IMG/VR virus record: IMGVR_UViG_3300031760_000032
Span: 1-64,000 of that record
Length of the DNA: 64,000 nucleotides
Origin: a virus
Taxonomy: Duplodnaviria; Caudoviricetes
Reading direction: 5' to 3' (one strand)
Positions 1 to 9,880 of this stretch are shown here, in pieces; position 1 is the stretch's first letter; each line of letters begins with the position of its first letter. Position numbers and translations under genes: made by a program. A model generated the notes under the pieces. That model was not told the DNA's origin. It searched no databases and saw only the letters and a program-made list of their open reading frames with translations.

Positions 1-1766
1 AATACTTCATTACAAAGTTTAACAGCTTCAGTAATATTATAAATATCCTCATTAGACATACTACTAATATTATTATTAATAGTAGACATCAGTTCAGCCT
101 TAGTAAAGTCAAGTTGTTCATATAGAGTTGCAAGCATACCTACATATTTAACAGATTCTTCAAAATCAAAATCCATATCAAAATCGAAATCAAAGTCATC
201 ATCACCCATAGATGCTTCAGCTTCTTTAGCCCATTTCTCTTCCATACGCTTATCATTTTCTGCATCTGTATATAGGTCATTTTCTCTCAGCTCAAGAGTT
301 TCTGTGTCTTTTTTATACTGCTTATATAATGCAGTATACTTTTCTTTTTTCTTTTCATCTTCTGTTTCATCAGCAAGTTTCTTATACTTATCTCGTTCTT
401 TAGAATATTGCTCAACAACCTTAGCCATTTGTTCTCTAGATATCTTCATCTTTAAGAATAGGTCTGTAATAAGAGTAATAACACCTAATACAGGATTTAT
501 AGCAGTAGCTCCTAATACAACACCTAGTCTTACAAATTGCATAATATCTGGAAGTTCTTGAATAATAGCCTCTGGTCGTTGTACAAAGATTCTATTAATA
601 GCATCTTTAAACTTATTGATACTCTTTTTGTGTTCTTTCTTGAAGTCATGAATAATCTTTTTGATTTTCATTTTATCAACTTCATCTTTTTCTTTATTAG
701 TCTTAACTCTCTTTTCTTTCCACTTTAAGAACATGTCATGAATCTTATTTTCTTCAAGAGATTCTAAATCATCATTTTCTAAAGCTTCAATAATAGCACC
801 TTCATCTACCAATAGATAAGATACAGGCTCGATATCTTCTTCTGTAAAGAATTTAGCATTCTCAAGAATATACTTCATATCATGAAGTCTTTCATCTGTA
901 GATTCTTCCATCAAAAAATAATCTGTTACAGATTCAATAATAAATGAATTCGTCACAGGCACACAGTTTTTAGACATTAGATACATAATATTCTCTAATG
1001 CAATATTATACTTAACTCCAAAAGGAATATCATAGCTTTCAATAAGAGTACATATATCATATATACACTTTTGAAGAGATACTTCATTTAACGGACATTT
1101 ACGAACTCTAGATTCAAGATTATATCTCTTAGATAATTTAGCATGGTTGTTAAGAACTCTATCACATTGTTCATTAACCCAAGCCGCTTGAATAAATCTA
1201 TTATAACACTCCTCAGCAACTTCTTCTTTATTATTATCTTGAGATTGTTCTTCATCATTACCAGAATTAGTATTCTTAACCTCTCCCATTTTACGACCAT
1301 ATATATCACGTTTATATTTTCTATGTGGATGTAATGAGTTACCTAGATAACCGCCATTGGCTTTTGCTCTTTGAACTGCAGTTTCATTATCTTTAGTATC
1401 ATTAAGCATAGCAGTATGTCTATGCTTAATCCAACCACGTTTATAATTGTTTAATTGTCTGGTCTGTTTAGCATTACGTAATTTAGGAATAATCTTTCCC
1501 TCAATTAGACTAGCAGCATTTTCAATATTAGAATCTGTATCATTGTCTACAATCATTCCAAATACTTCTAATACTTTAGTCAATGCTTCTTCTTCATTGT
1601 TTGATAAGGCTTGCCAATTCTCTAATACCATCTTAGCTTTATTATATGAGTAATTTTCAGATAGATTCTCATATACATGTGATATATTGCAATTGATATT
1701 AGATACATAAGAATCTGTAATTAGATTTCTTTGACGAGCGATAATATCCTTATGTGTAAGATTCAT
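1..1766 (-). CDS. Large hypothetical protein, partial (runs off the window start), probably virion-associated
   Basis: Hand translation from ATG at 1766 (SD AAGGAGG upstream) gives MNLTHKDIIARQ... open to position 1. Absent from the ORF track because no stop lies in the window. Confidence 0.8.
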   Translation of the reverse strand, partial: MNLTHKDIIARQRNLITDSYVSNINCNISHVYENLSENYSYNKAKMVLENWQALSNNEEEALTKVLEVFGMIVDNDTDSNIENAASLIEGKIIPKLRNAKQTRQLNNYKRGWIKHRHTAMLNDTKDNETAVQRAKANGGYLGNSLHPHRKYKRDIYGRKMGEVKNTNSGNDEEQSQDNNKEEVAEECYNRFIQAAWVNEQCDRVLNNHAKLSKRYNLESRVRKCPLNEVSLQKCIYDICTLIESYDIPFGVKYNIALENIMYLMSKNCVPVTNSFIIESVTDYFLMEESTDERLHDMKYILENAKFFTEEDIEPVSYLLVDEGAIIEALENDDLESLEENKIHDMFLKWKEKRVKTNKEKDEVDKMKIKKIIHDFKKEHKKSINKFKDAINRIFVQRPEAIIQELPDIMQFVRLGVVLGATAINPVLGVITLITDLFLKMKISREQMAKVVEQYSKERDKYKKLADETEDEKKKEKYTALYKQYKKDTETLELRENDLYTDAENDKRMEEKWAKEAEASMGDDDFDFDFDMDFDFEESVKYVGMLATLYEQLDFTKAELMSTINNNISSMSNEDIYNITEAVKLCNEV

Positions 1767-1810
1767 GTTATATTGACCTCCTTTTCACAAGTGATTTTAT
1801 ATAAAAGTTC

Positions 1811-3112
1811 TTAATACACCCTGTTTGGGTCACTAGGAAGTACTTTATCAGATGTACCACCATAACTTTCTACCCTTAGACTATTTAAGTATTCTAGGTC
1901 AATATAAATTGCAATTGTAGATATTAATTTATCTGTAGGATTATCAGCATGTAACATCATATCATCCCAATTAATATCAGTATCAAGTTTTATTCCACCA
2001 CTATATAATTGTACATCAATGAATACAGATGGAGAAATAAACTTACTTACAAGATAATTAGAGATTTGAGATAACTCACCATCGAAGAGTTCATTTAAAT
2101 CAATGTCAATACTACCAGGTTTCTCTTCTTCCCATTGTGCATTAATAGTAAGCTTCCAACCTCTTGTATTGATTGGAGGTGGGTCATCATAATAATGCAG
2201 AGACATCATAAGAGTATTATCAATATTATATACTTCATCACCAAAAGTAATCTTTGTAAGTTCTTCTTTAGTGAAGTATACATATAATTGCATAGAAGGG
2301 AATCTTGTCTCTACTTGCATTTCGATACCGAAGTTATCTGATACATGACCGTATCTATTACCATCATCTTTAGTTACATCTTTAATTAAAAGACGTACTG
2401 GAATATGGTCTACTCTTACAAAGTATTCTTCACGAGCATTTACATTTGAACGCTTATAAGTGATTGGAATATAAGAACGGCTATTTAAATAAGTAAGAAA
2501 CTTGATAGGTTCTACAATTCTATCATCCTTAACTTCAAATCCTAAATCTCTTGCAATAAATAACATCATTGGATATGGTAATACATAATCTAAATCTACA
2601 TCATTAGATTCAGATAAGTTGGTTCTAAAAGCAAGCTTCATATATTTTTGAATATCAAGTTGCATTGCTCTAGATGGCACTTTAATTCTATAAGTGAAAT
2701 TAAGAAGCATCATATCCATCTTCATTAAGATATAACGTTGGTTTATCGGGTCTTGAAAGAATGCCTTATCAATTTTAGTAGTATTGATAAACTGGTCTAT
2801 ACCAAATAAATTTTGGTCAAGTCTATCTCTATTATAATCATCATCTATTGTAGGGATGATTGTTAGAGAAGCTTTATCATCAGACGTGTGAGACATAATA
2901 GTACCCTTATCTAATTTAGCCATTTCACCAAATACATGACTACCATCAGTATGAATCCAAGAAAAAAAGTCATCTTTGAACTTTTGTAAGAACCAATGTC
3001 TCATATATTCAATACATAATGCGTAGCTTTGATGCAAAGGAGCAACAGTAATATTCTTATTAAGTTGCATTTCTCTCTTTACATCTTCTACATGTATTTC
3101 TCTATAAGCCAT
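1811..3112 (-). CDS. Conserved jumbo-phage hypothetical protein, likely structural
   Basis: 433 aa ORF with AAAGGAGG SD, followed in the same strand by the large ORF; no recognisable catalytic motif. Confidence 0.6.
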   Translation of the reverse strand: MAYREIHVEDVKREMQLNKNITVAPLHQSYALCIEYMRHWFLQKFKDDFFSWIHTDGSHVFGEMAKLDKGTIMSHTSDDKASLTIIPTIDDDYNRDRLDQNLFGIDQFINTTKIDKAFFQDPINQRYILMKMDMMLLNFTYRIKVPSRAMQLDIQKYMKLAFRTNLSESNDVDLDYVLPYPMMLFIARDLGFEVKDDRIVEPIKFLTYLNSRSYIPITYKRSNVNAREEYFVRVDHIPVRLLIKDVTKDDGNRYGHVSDNFGIEMQVETRFPSMQLYVYFTKEELTKITFGDEVYNIDNTLMMSLHYYDDPPPINTRGWKLTINAQWEEEKPGSIDIDLNELFDGELSQISNYLVSKFISPSVFIDVQLYSGGIKLDTDINWDDMMLHADNPTDKLISTIAIYIDLEYLNSLRVESYGGTSDKVLPSDPNRVY

Positions 3113-3132
3113 ACTATCCCTCCTTTACAAAA

Positions 3133-3160
3133 AAGAATGAGCCATGATAGGCTCATTCTT
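3133..3160. terminator. Intrinsic terminator hairpin
   Basis: AAGAATGAGCC / GGCTCATTCTT inverted repeat flanked by A/T tracts. Confidence 0.7.
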
Positions 3161-3167
3161 TATTTTC

Positions 3168-3518
3168 TTATTCTGTTGTAGTATCAGGTTCAGAGAGAAG
3201 AATGTAGGGTGATGTGTGCTCTAAGTATTTATAATACTTAAGAACTCCACCCTGAAATGATTCAGTTATTACATTTAACTGTTCATCTAACTTACTACCT
3301 TCTGCTCTGAACCAGTAGTATATTCTTCCTGGTATTCTGCTGCTAGTATCAACTGCAGCTACTACGACTGGTATAATAGCGTAGAAGTCTGACTCACTAT
3401 CTACTAAACCAGTATCTAAGATAAAGCACTTATCTCCAATCTTAAGATTTTTTGGCTCGTCGCAGACATTCTTATTATTAAAGAAGTCCTGCGCAAGTTT
3501 TTCAATTCCATTTAACAT
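3168..3518 (-). CDS. Hypothetical protein
   Basis: ORF 3168..3575 of the track; start refined to ATG 3518 (MLNGIEK) behind a GAAAGGA SD. Confidence 0.6.
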   Translation of the reverse strand: MLNGIEKLAQDFFNNKNVCDEPKNLKIGDKCFILDTGLVDSESDFYAIIPVVVAAVDTSSRIPGRIYYWFRAEGSKLDEQLNVITESFQGGVLKYYKYLEHTSPYILLSEPDTTTE

Positions 3519-3575
3519 GATAAATCGTCCTTTCTTATATAAGATATGACTATTAGTCATATTTATTATATACAA

Positions 3576-4520
3576 TTAGAAACGATTTATCTGGTCTCCG
3601 ATAACTACAACCTTCCAAGACTGACCAATATTAGTATTAGATGCAATACCAGTACCAAAGTCAATACTTGTATCATCTAACAATCCTCTATCTGGTCTTG
3701 GATAATTAGGAACTGGCATACCAGTAGAAGTATCAATAACATCAAACATCTTATCACCAGTATTAGGGTCATATACTACAACAGTTTCGATATTAGGATT
3801 GTCTCCTAAAATCATACGATTCTGTTCTGGTGTAAGATTATTCATGAAGTTATTAAAGTTCTGCTCTTCATTTGCTGGTACTGCATTCATACCAGACATA
3901 AGAGCTCCCATATTACCAGCTACATTAGCAGAAGTATACTGAAGTGCTGGATGTTGTGCTGCTCCGATAGGTGTATTAATATATGCATTATAAAGGTCTG
4001 CAATATATTTATCATCATCTTGCTGATTTGCTGCAGCAGATTTAATATCTTTGATTCTACGAATTTCAAGTTCATGACACTTTGTCTTTACAGCGTTAAT
4101 TTCCTTAATAGCAGAAATCTTAGAAGAGACAAGAGAACTTGCTGTAGCACAAAGGTCGGAGATATACTTGTACTTACCCTTTAAAGTCTTACTTCCTCTG
4201 ATATGGTCAATCTCTCCTTTAACATCACCAGCAAGAATATCAAGCTGAGCGATAGATACTCTGAGCATATCATTAGTCTCTTCATATGTATCTTCGTATG
4301 GTTCATTAGTTTGACACAAAGGTAGACTAGAAGAATTACTATTACTTTGAACTACTGTAACTTCTCCATTTTGTTCAGACTTTCTAGGTCTTCCTCTTTT
4401 CTTTTTAGGTGGTTCTGCAATTGGATTTTCTACAACTGGAACAATTGTATTCTGAGTATCATTATCTTCTGGAATCTTAGCTCCTCTAGCTAAAACTTCC
4501 ATATCTAAAAAGCTCTGCAT
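3576..4520 (-). CDS. Hypothetical protein with AT-hook motif and coiled coil
   Basis: 314 aa, motif KKKRGRPRK, strong SD, late-type promoter at 4549-4560. Confidence 0.65.
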   Translation of the reverse strand: MQSFLDMEVLARGAKIPEDNDTQNTIVPVVENPIAEPPKKKRGRPRKSEQNGEVTVVQSNSNSSSLPLCQTNEPYEDTYEETNDMLRVSIAQLDILAGDVKGEIDHIRGSKTLKGKYKYISDLCATASSLVSSKISAIKEINAVKTKCHELEIRRIKDIKSAAANQQDDDKYIADLYNAYINTPIGAAQHPALQYTSANVAGNMGALMSGMNAVPANEEQNFNNFMNNLTPEQNRMILGDNPNIETVVVYDPNTGDKMFDVIDTSTGMPVPNYPRPDRGLLDDTSIDFGTGIASNTNIGQSWKVVVIGDQINRF

Positions 4521-4548
4521 ATTGATTTCCTCCTTCTATGAGCATTTT

Positions 4549-4560
4549 TATAGAGATGTT
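4549..4560 (-). promoter_or_regulatory. Late-type promoter AACA-N6-TA
   Basis: AACA TCTCTA TA on the minus strand, upstream of 3576..4520. Confidence 0.6.
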
Positions 4561-4589
4561 TTTGACATAAATGCTTAATAGGGTATGTT

Positions 4590-4735
4590 AACATTTAAAT
4601 AAGATGGTATTTAGGCCTCCATTTATACCATCTTGCGGTGAAAGGCATGAATGATTTCCTCTTTGATGCATTGTTTATTCCTCTGAAAAAGTCCTCCATG
4701 GTATCGGGGCCATGGAGGACAAACTTTATTTTTTA
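4590..4735 (+). ncRNA. Candidate small structured RNA
   Basis: AACA-N6-TA at 4590-4601, hairpin 4601-4634, hairpin 4691-4720 then a T tract; no SD-led ORF. Confidence 0.35.
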
Positions 4736-4745
4736 TACTAGAGGA

Positions 4746-4757
4746 AACAAATATATA
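4746..4757 (+). promoter_or_regulatory. Late-type promoter AACA-N6-TA
   Basis: AACA AATATA TA upstream of the DNA polymerase gene. Confidence 0.6.
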
Positions 4758-4807
4758 AATGACTCAGGTAACGTAATACGTAAGCTGAGAGAATGGAGGT
4801 TTTATAT

Positions 4808-6844
4808 ATGAAAGAATTCAATAACGATTTGTTGATTGGTAATTATCCTCCTGGATATGATTTAGCATTGTTTAATACAATCTATCATTATCCGCAGAAG
4901 GATAATAATGGTAAATGGAGACCTGGAGTAATTGACCTTATTATTAAGGATAATGAAACAGGAGAGAAGTTTCTTGAAACTATTGTAGACCCGTTATATG
5001 AGTATTATATGCTTAAACCAGATGTAATGGTGCCGAGTTATAATCTTGAATATGCAATGATGGATGACTGTAAGTGTATATTAGCACCTTATGGACAACT
5101 TCAAAAAGATATTGCTGAACGTCTTGGAGAGCTTGATAAGTTCTGGGAAAATATTCGTAATGGTAATAGAGAAGCAAATAAACGTTTGTGTAATTATCAT
5201 CCTGCAGTATTAATGTCTGATATGGATATTGAAGATAATATTCGTTTTCAATTCTCACACACTTATGCTAATACGTATAAGAAAGCTTCAAAGTCTTATC
5301 TGGATATCGAGGCAGATACAATTCATTGTAAAGGTGACTTTGTAGAGATGGGTGAGTGTCCGATTAATGCGGTATCATTTATTGATGACCAGTCATTAGT
5401 TATTCATTCATTCTTGTTGAGAAATGATGAGAATCCATTAATTGCAGAATTTGAAAAGATGGCTAATACACCAACAATGGAAAGTGAATTAAAGTCATTT
5501 TTGGTAGATGCAGTTGGTGGTCCAGCTAATGCTGATAAGTATAAAGTAAATCAGATGAGAGTACAATTCCATTTCTACGATGAGAAAGATGAATTAACAA
5601 TGCTCAAGCATCTGTTTAATTATATTAATAATCTGAAACCAGATTTTGTATTGGCATGGAATATGGCATTCGATATTCCGTATATCATTCAGAGAATCAT
5701 TAATCTTGGTGCTAATCCAAAAGATATTATGTGTAGTCCAGATTTCAGATTCAAAGAAGTTAAATACTTCATTGATGAAAGAAATGAATTCAATTATGAA
5801 GAACGTAATGACTTTGCAAAGATTAGTTCTTATTCTGTATATCTTGACCAGATGATTCATTTTGCATCTAGAAGAAAAGGACGAGCAGCATTACCATCTT
5901 ATAGATTGGATTTCATTGGACAGATGACTTGTGGAGTTAAGAAGCTCGATTATAGTCATATTACTCATAACCTTGCAGAGTTACCTTATAAAGATTATAA
6001 GACGTTTGTATTCTACAATATCATGGATACAATTGTACAGTATTGTATTGAATTCAAATCTGCGGATATCGATTCAGCATATAATAATGTACTTCTGAAT
6101 AATACACGTTGGAGTAAGATTTATAGACAGACTGTATATCTTAAGAATAGACAAGCTATCTTTAATTATAAGAATGGCTTTATAACAGGTAACAATGTAA
6201 ATGCAAATACACCTAAAGTATCTTTCCCTGGTGCATTTGTAGCAGACCCGAAACTCAATAGCGATTATTCAAAGCTTAGAATTAATGGTCGTCCAGTATC
6301 TATATATGATAACTTAGATGACTTTGATTATAAGGCTCTGTATCCGAGTATTACATCTGAATTTAATATGTCTCGTACAACTCTTATTGGTCATCTTACT
6401 ATACCAGAAAGAGTATATGAATTTGAAAATAGATTCAATAGAGATGAGATTAAGTGGAAGAGAGAAGCTCAGTTTATGGATGATTTACAATCACATAACT
6501 GGATTGAGTTTTTCCATCGTTGGTTCCATTTTGGTAGTTATGAAGACGTATATGATGATGTCATTGAATACTTTACTAAAGTCAAGTATCCTATGGGTGT
6601 ATTGACATATCATGATTTTGATGATGTATCTGGTACTCCTGAAGAAGATAATCGTAATGTATTTGTTCATTGTTCTACAGTAAGAGATTTACAGATTATA
6701 GATGCTATTGCAAGTAAGAAATTGGATTATATGTATCAACCGAGATTTGAGTTTGAAAAGTCTGACTTTAATAACTTTACAGAAATCTTTAATAGTCTTA
6801 AGGATGGTTATCTGTATAGTAAACCTAGACAAGTGGAGGGTTAA
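4808..6844 (+). CDS. Family B DNA polymerase, N-terminal (3-5 exonuclease + motif A) subunit of a split enzyme
   Basis: ExoI YLDIEAD, ExoII WNMAFDIPYI, ExoIII YNIMD, FPGAFV and motif A DFDYKALYPS; motifs B and C absent. Start refined to ATG 4808 behind GGAGG. Confidence 0.85.
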   Translation: MKEFNNDLLIGNYPPGYDLALFNTIYHYPQKDNNGKWRPGVIDLIIKDNETGEKFLETIVDPLYEYYMLKPDVMVPSYNLEYAMMDDCKCILAPYGQLQKDIAERLGELDKFWENIRNGNREANKRLCNYHPAVLMSDMDIEDNIRFQFSHTYANTYKKASKSYLDIEADTIHCKGDFVEMGECPINAVSFIDDQSLVIHSFLLRNDENPLIAEFEKMANTPTMESELKSFLVDAVGGPANADKYKVNQMRVQFHFYDEKDELTMLKHLFNYINNLKPDFVLAWNMAFDIPYIIQRIINLGANPKDIMCSPDFRFKEVKYFIDERNEFNYEERNDFAKISSYSVYLDQMIHFASRRKGRAALPSYRLDFIGQMTCGVKKLDYSHITHNLAELPYKDYKTFVFYNIMDTIVQYCIEFKSADIDSAYNNVLLNNTRWSKIYRQTVYLKNRQAIFNYKNGFITGNNVNANTPKVSFPGAFVADPKLNSDYSKLRINGRPVSIYDNLDDFDYKALYPSITSEFNMSRTTLIGHLTIPERVYEFENRFNRDEIKWKREAQFMDDLQSHNWIEFFHRWFHFGSYEDVYDDVIEYFTKVKYPMGVLTYHDFDDVSGTPEEDNRNVFVHCSTVRDLQIIDAIASKKLDYMYQPRFEFEKSDFNNFTEIFNSLKDGYLYSKPRQVEG

Positions 6845-6846
6845 TA

Positions 6847-7452
6847 ATGGATAATAAGGTAGCAATGATATTTGAACAGTATGTAAAAGACCTTAAGATG
6901 TCTGCAACCGAACAGTATGTATATGTCGTCAGAGATGATTTCTTTGGCGACATAGTCTTTACTGTAAACTCTACAAGTCTAAGTATGATGAAGTGTCCAG
7001 AATTGTCTGATAAGTATTTTGGTAAGATGATATATACTGACTTTATAAGACAGAAGACTATTGGATTTGAAACAGAAATTGGTATTCTTGATAATAATGA
7101 CTTCATAACTCTATATAATTGTAGAGAAAGATTTAACAGAAGTATCAAAATATTGAATCAGTTTAAATTCGATATTCAGAATGCAGATAAGATAAATCAG
7201 AAGTATGCATTAAATGAAGAAGAAGATTTCTTTAATAATGTATTAGCCCGAAAAGCTGATGAAGGTGCAGGAAGATATATCTTCAATGATAATATTATGT
7301 ATACAGCGCCTTGTATGTTTCCAGGTAGTAAAACAACTGGTATAGATGTAACTAGTTATTATAAGACTGGTAATGATTATTATATCTCGTTGTTTAATAC
7401 TCATAAGAAAACTGGTGACGTAGTAACACTAATGAGATTCTTATGTTTATAA
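6847..7452 (+). CDS. Hypothetical protein translationally coupled to the DNA polymerase gene
   Basis: 201 aa ORF starting 2 nt after the polymerase stop. Confidence 0.6.
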   Translation: MDNKVAMIFEQYVKDLKMSATEQYVYVVRDDFFGDIVFTVNSTSLSMMKCPELSDKYFGKMIYTDFIRQKTIGFETEIGILDNNDFITLYNCRERFNRSIKILNQFKFDIQNADKINQKYALNEEEDFFNNVLARKADEGAGRYIFNDNIMYTAPCMFPGSKTTGIDVTSYYKTGNDYYISLFNTHKKTGDVVTLMRFLCL

Positions 7453-7455
7453 TAT

Positions 7456-7488
7456 AAGAAGGGGTCGCTTTAGACCCCTTCTTATTTT
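7456..7488 (+). terminator. Intrinsic terminator
   Basis: AAGAAGGGGTC / GACCCCTTCTT stem followed by a T-rich tail. Confidence 0.75.
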
Positions 7489-7496
7489 ACTTCTTC

Positions 7497-7508
7497 AACA
7501 ATTTAGTA
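7497..7508 (+). promoter_or_regulatory. Late-type promoter AACA-N6-TA
   Basis: AACA ATTTAG TA upstream of the portal gene; the same 12-mer occurs at 33410 and 49506. Confidence 0.7.
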
Positions 7509-7537
7509 ATACTAATTGAGAGAAGGAGGTATTCCAA

Positions 7538-9838
7538 TTGGCTAAGAACGATAAGAAACGCTCATCTAATGGGCTTATAAAAAGACTTACTGATACAGTC
7601 CAGAATAATCTGGATAATCTATATCAAAAGACTTATTATTCTCAACCTAGCAATAAACAAGATATCGAGAATATAAAAACAAAACTTGATACATCTATTG
7701 ATAATATCGTTACAACCAATAGAAATAATACTGGTAACGGTACAATGTCTACCTTATATTCTAGAATTCAAGCTGCTCCTATGTTGGGTGGACAAGGTGA
7801 CGAACAAGCAAAGAAACTTGAAGAATTGATTAATGATAATCAGGTTATCGAATCTGGTTTGATGGGATTTATTAATAATACTACTACAGTATTTGACTAT
7901 GATAATAAGATTGATACAATCCTTAAGTATATGCCTAAGTTACAAGAGGCGATTGATACTAGAAAAGATAACGTATTATCAGCTGACCATTTCTCTAAGG
8001 ACTTTATCAATATTACATCATCTAATATCAATAATGATACAGAAACTTATAATGAGCATATCAAATACATTAAAGAAACATATAAGATTCAAGACTTAGT
8101 AGATGAGATTTATGATAAAGCATCTAAATACGGTGAAGCTTTTGTATATGTAGTACCATATAAGAAAGCTGTAGCTAGACTACTTCGTAATAAGAATAAT
8201 ATTAGAGCAGATTTAAATATAAGAGAACAGACTATTATTTCAGAATCTGGTAGTATAAGCATGGAATCGCTACCTGAAGGTCTAACACAAAAAGATTTTG
8301 AAGCTGCTGGTATGGGTGATATTAAACTCGAATGTTATACAGGAGCAATTAATTCAATTGTAGAAAACTGTGTGCGTTTTGAAAAAGCAGCTAAATCATT
8401 GAACGAGATGTCATTGAATTATGAAGGTGCAAATTTCTCAGAAGCAACAATTCTTGAAGCGGCTGAGAATGTACGCGATGTTGTAAAGGGACAATTTGAC
8501 AGGACTATTAAAGATGATTTATCATTTGATGGGTTTGACGACAGAGGTCAAGATGGTCTTGTTGATAAGAATAAAGTAAAGAAGAAAGGTAGAGATGATA
8601 AGTATATTAATGTACCTGGTACTATTATCAGAATACTAGAAAGAAAACACGTTATTCCAATTTATATTGATGAATACTGTTTTGGATATTATTATATTGA
8701 AGTAGAAGGTCCTTATAATCCAGTAGGTGATTATGATAAGATGCAAGACCCTACTATGTCTCTTAAGGGTTCTAACTCTATTTTATCTACTAATAGTATG
8801 ATGGACCAAACTCAAAAGCAGAACAATATTATTCGTTATCTATCTAATCAGATTTCTAATTTTATTGATGCTAAGTTTATTAATACTAACCAAGACCTTA
8901 GACAAGAGATTTATACTATTCTTAAGTATAATCAAGATAATAATTCTTCTAAGATGAATAAGATTAGAGTTACATTTATTCCTCCTGATGATATGGAACA
9001 TGTATACTTCAAAATGAATAAGGATACACATAGAGGTATCTCTGATTTAGATAAGTCTCTTTTCCCAGCTACATTATTCTCTAGTATGTATATTACTCAT
9101 ACTATCTGGAATATGACACGTGCTCAGGATAAACGTGTATACTATGTAAATCAGAATGTAGACACTAATATCTCTAAGACATTATTAAATACTATTAACC
9201 AGATTAAGAAAGGTAACTTCGGTATTCGTCAGATTGAGAATATCAACCATATTCTTAATATAACTGGTATGTTTAATGATTACATTATTCCTAGAGGTCC
9301 TGGTGGTACTCCAATTGATTTTGAAGTAATGCAAGGTCAATCGGTAGAATATCAAACTGAATTGATGAATATGTTAGAAGAGGCTGCAGTAAATGCAACT
9401 GAAGTTCCTATGGAAATGATTCAGATGCGTAACTCTGTAGACTATGCATCACAGTTAACAATGTCATCTTCTAAGTTCTTACGTAAAGTATATAATCGTC
9501 AATCTAAGTTTCAGAAAAACATTACACATATTATAAATAATATTTATAATAACGAGTTTGATGATAATATTACATTAAATGTAGTATTGCCACCACCAAT
9601 GTTCTTAAATATTACTAATACAAACCAGATGATGACCAACGTAAATGAATACTCTCAGTCAGTAGCACAATTGATTCTTGACCCAGATGAAGAAGAACCA
9701 ATCAAGAATGAAGTTATCCGTGAGATTAATAAATTCAATCTTGGTTCTTATCTTAATATCCCTGAGTTGGAAGAGATTGCACATAAAGCTAAACAACGTA
9801 TGGCTGCAGAAAATAACGATGAAAACGGAGAAGAATAA
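7538..9838 (+). CDS. Portal protein (T4 gp20-like fold, jumbo-phage type)
   Basis: KYGEAFVY, RAQDKRVYYVN and NDYIIPRGPGGTPIDFEVMQG match the T4-type portal motifs RAPERRIFY and EDYWLPRREG. Confidence 0.8.
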   Translation: MAKNDKKRSSNGLIKRLTDTVQNNLDNLYQKTYYSQPSNKQDIENIKTKLDTSIDNIVTTNRNNTGNGTMSTLYSRIQAAPMLGGQGDEQAKKLEELINDNQVIESGLMGFINNTTTVFDYDNKIDTILKYMPKLQEAIDTRKDNVLSADHFSKDFINITSSNINNDTETYNEHIKYIKETYKIQDLVDEIYDKASKYGEAFVYVVPYKKAVARLLRNKNNIRADLNIREQTIISESGSISMESLPEGLTQKDFEAAGMGDIKLECYTGAINSIVENCVRFEKAAKSLNEMSLNYEGANFSEATILEAAENVRDVVKGQFDRTIKDDLSFDGFDDRGQDGLVDKNKVKKKGRDDKYINVPGTIIRILERKHVIPIYIDEYCFGYYYIEVEGPYNPVGDYDKMQDPTMSLKGSNSILSTNSMMDQTQKQNNIIRYLSNQISNFIDAKFINTNQDLRQEIYTILKYNQDNNSSKMNKIRVTFIPPDDMEHVYFKMNKDTHRGISDLDKSLFPATLFSSMYITHTIWNMTRAQDKRVYYVNQNVDTNISKTLLNTINQIKKGNFGIRQIENINHILNITGMFNDYIIPRGPGGTPIDFEVMQGQSVEYQTELMNMLEEAAVNATEVPMEMIQMRNSVDYASQLTMSSSKFLRKVYNRQSKFQKNITHIINNIYNNEFDDNITLNVVLPPPMFLNITNTNQMMTNVNEYSQSVAQLILDPDEEEPIKNEVIREINKFNLGSYLNIPELEEIAHKAKQRMAAENNDENGEE

Positions 9839-9840
9839 AG

Positions 9841-9880
9841 AAATCCCCAGTGACCGAAGTCACTGGGGAATTTTATTTTA
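9841..9880. terminator. Bidirectional terminator between convergent portal and tail tube genes
   Basis: CCCCAGTGAC / GTCACTGGGG stem with A/T tails on both sides. Confidence 0.8.

Noticed and set aside
4601-4634. c-di-GMP-I riboswitch (GGCCTAA/GCCTCC-like words)
   Set aside because: The words are in the wrong order and the GCAAA/GNRA elements are missing.
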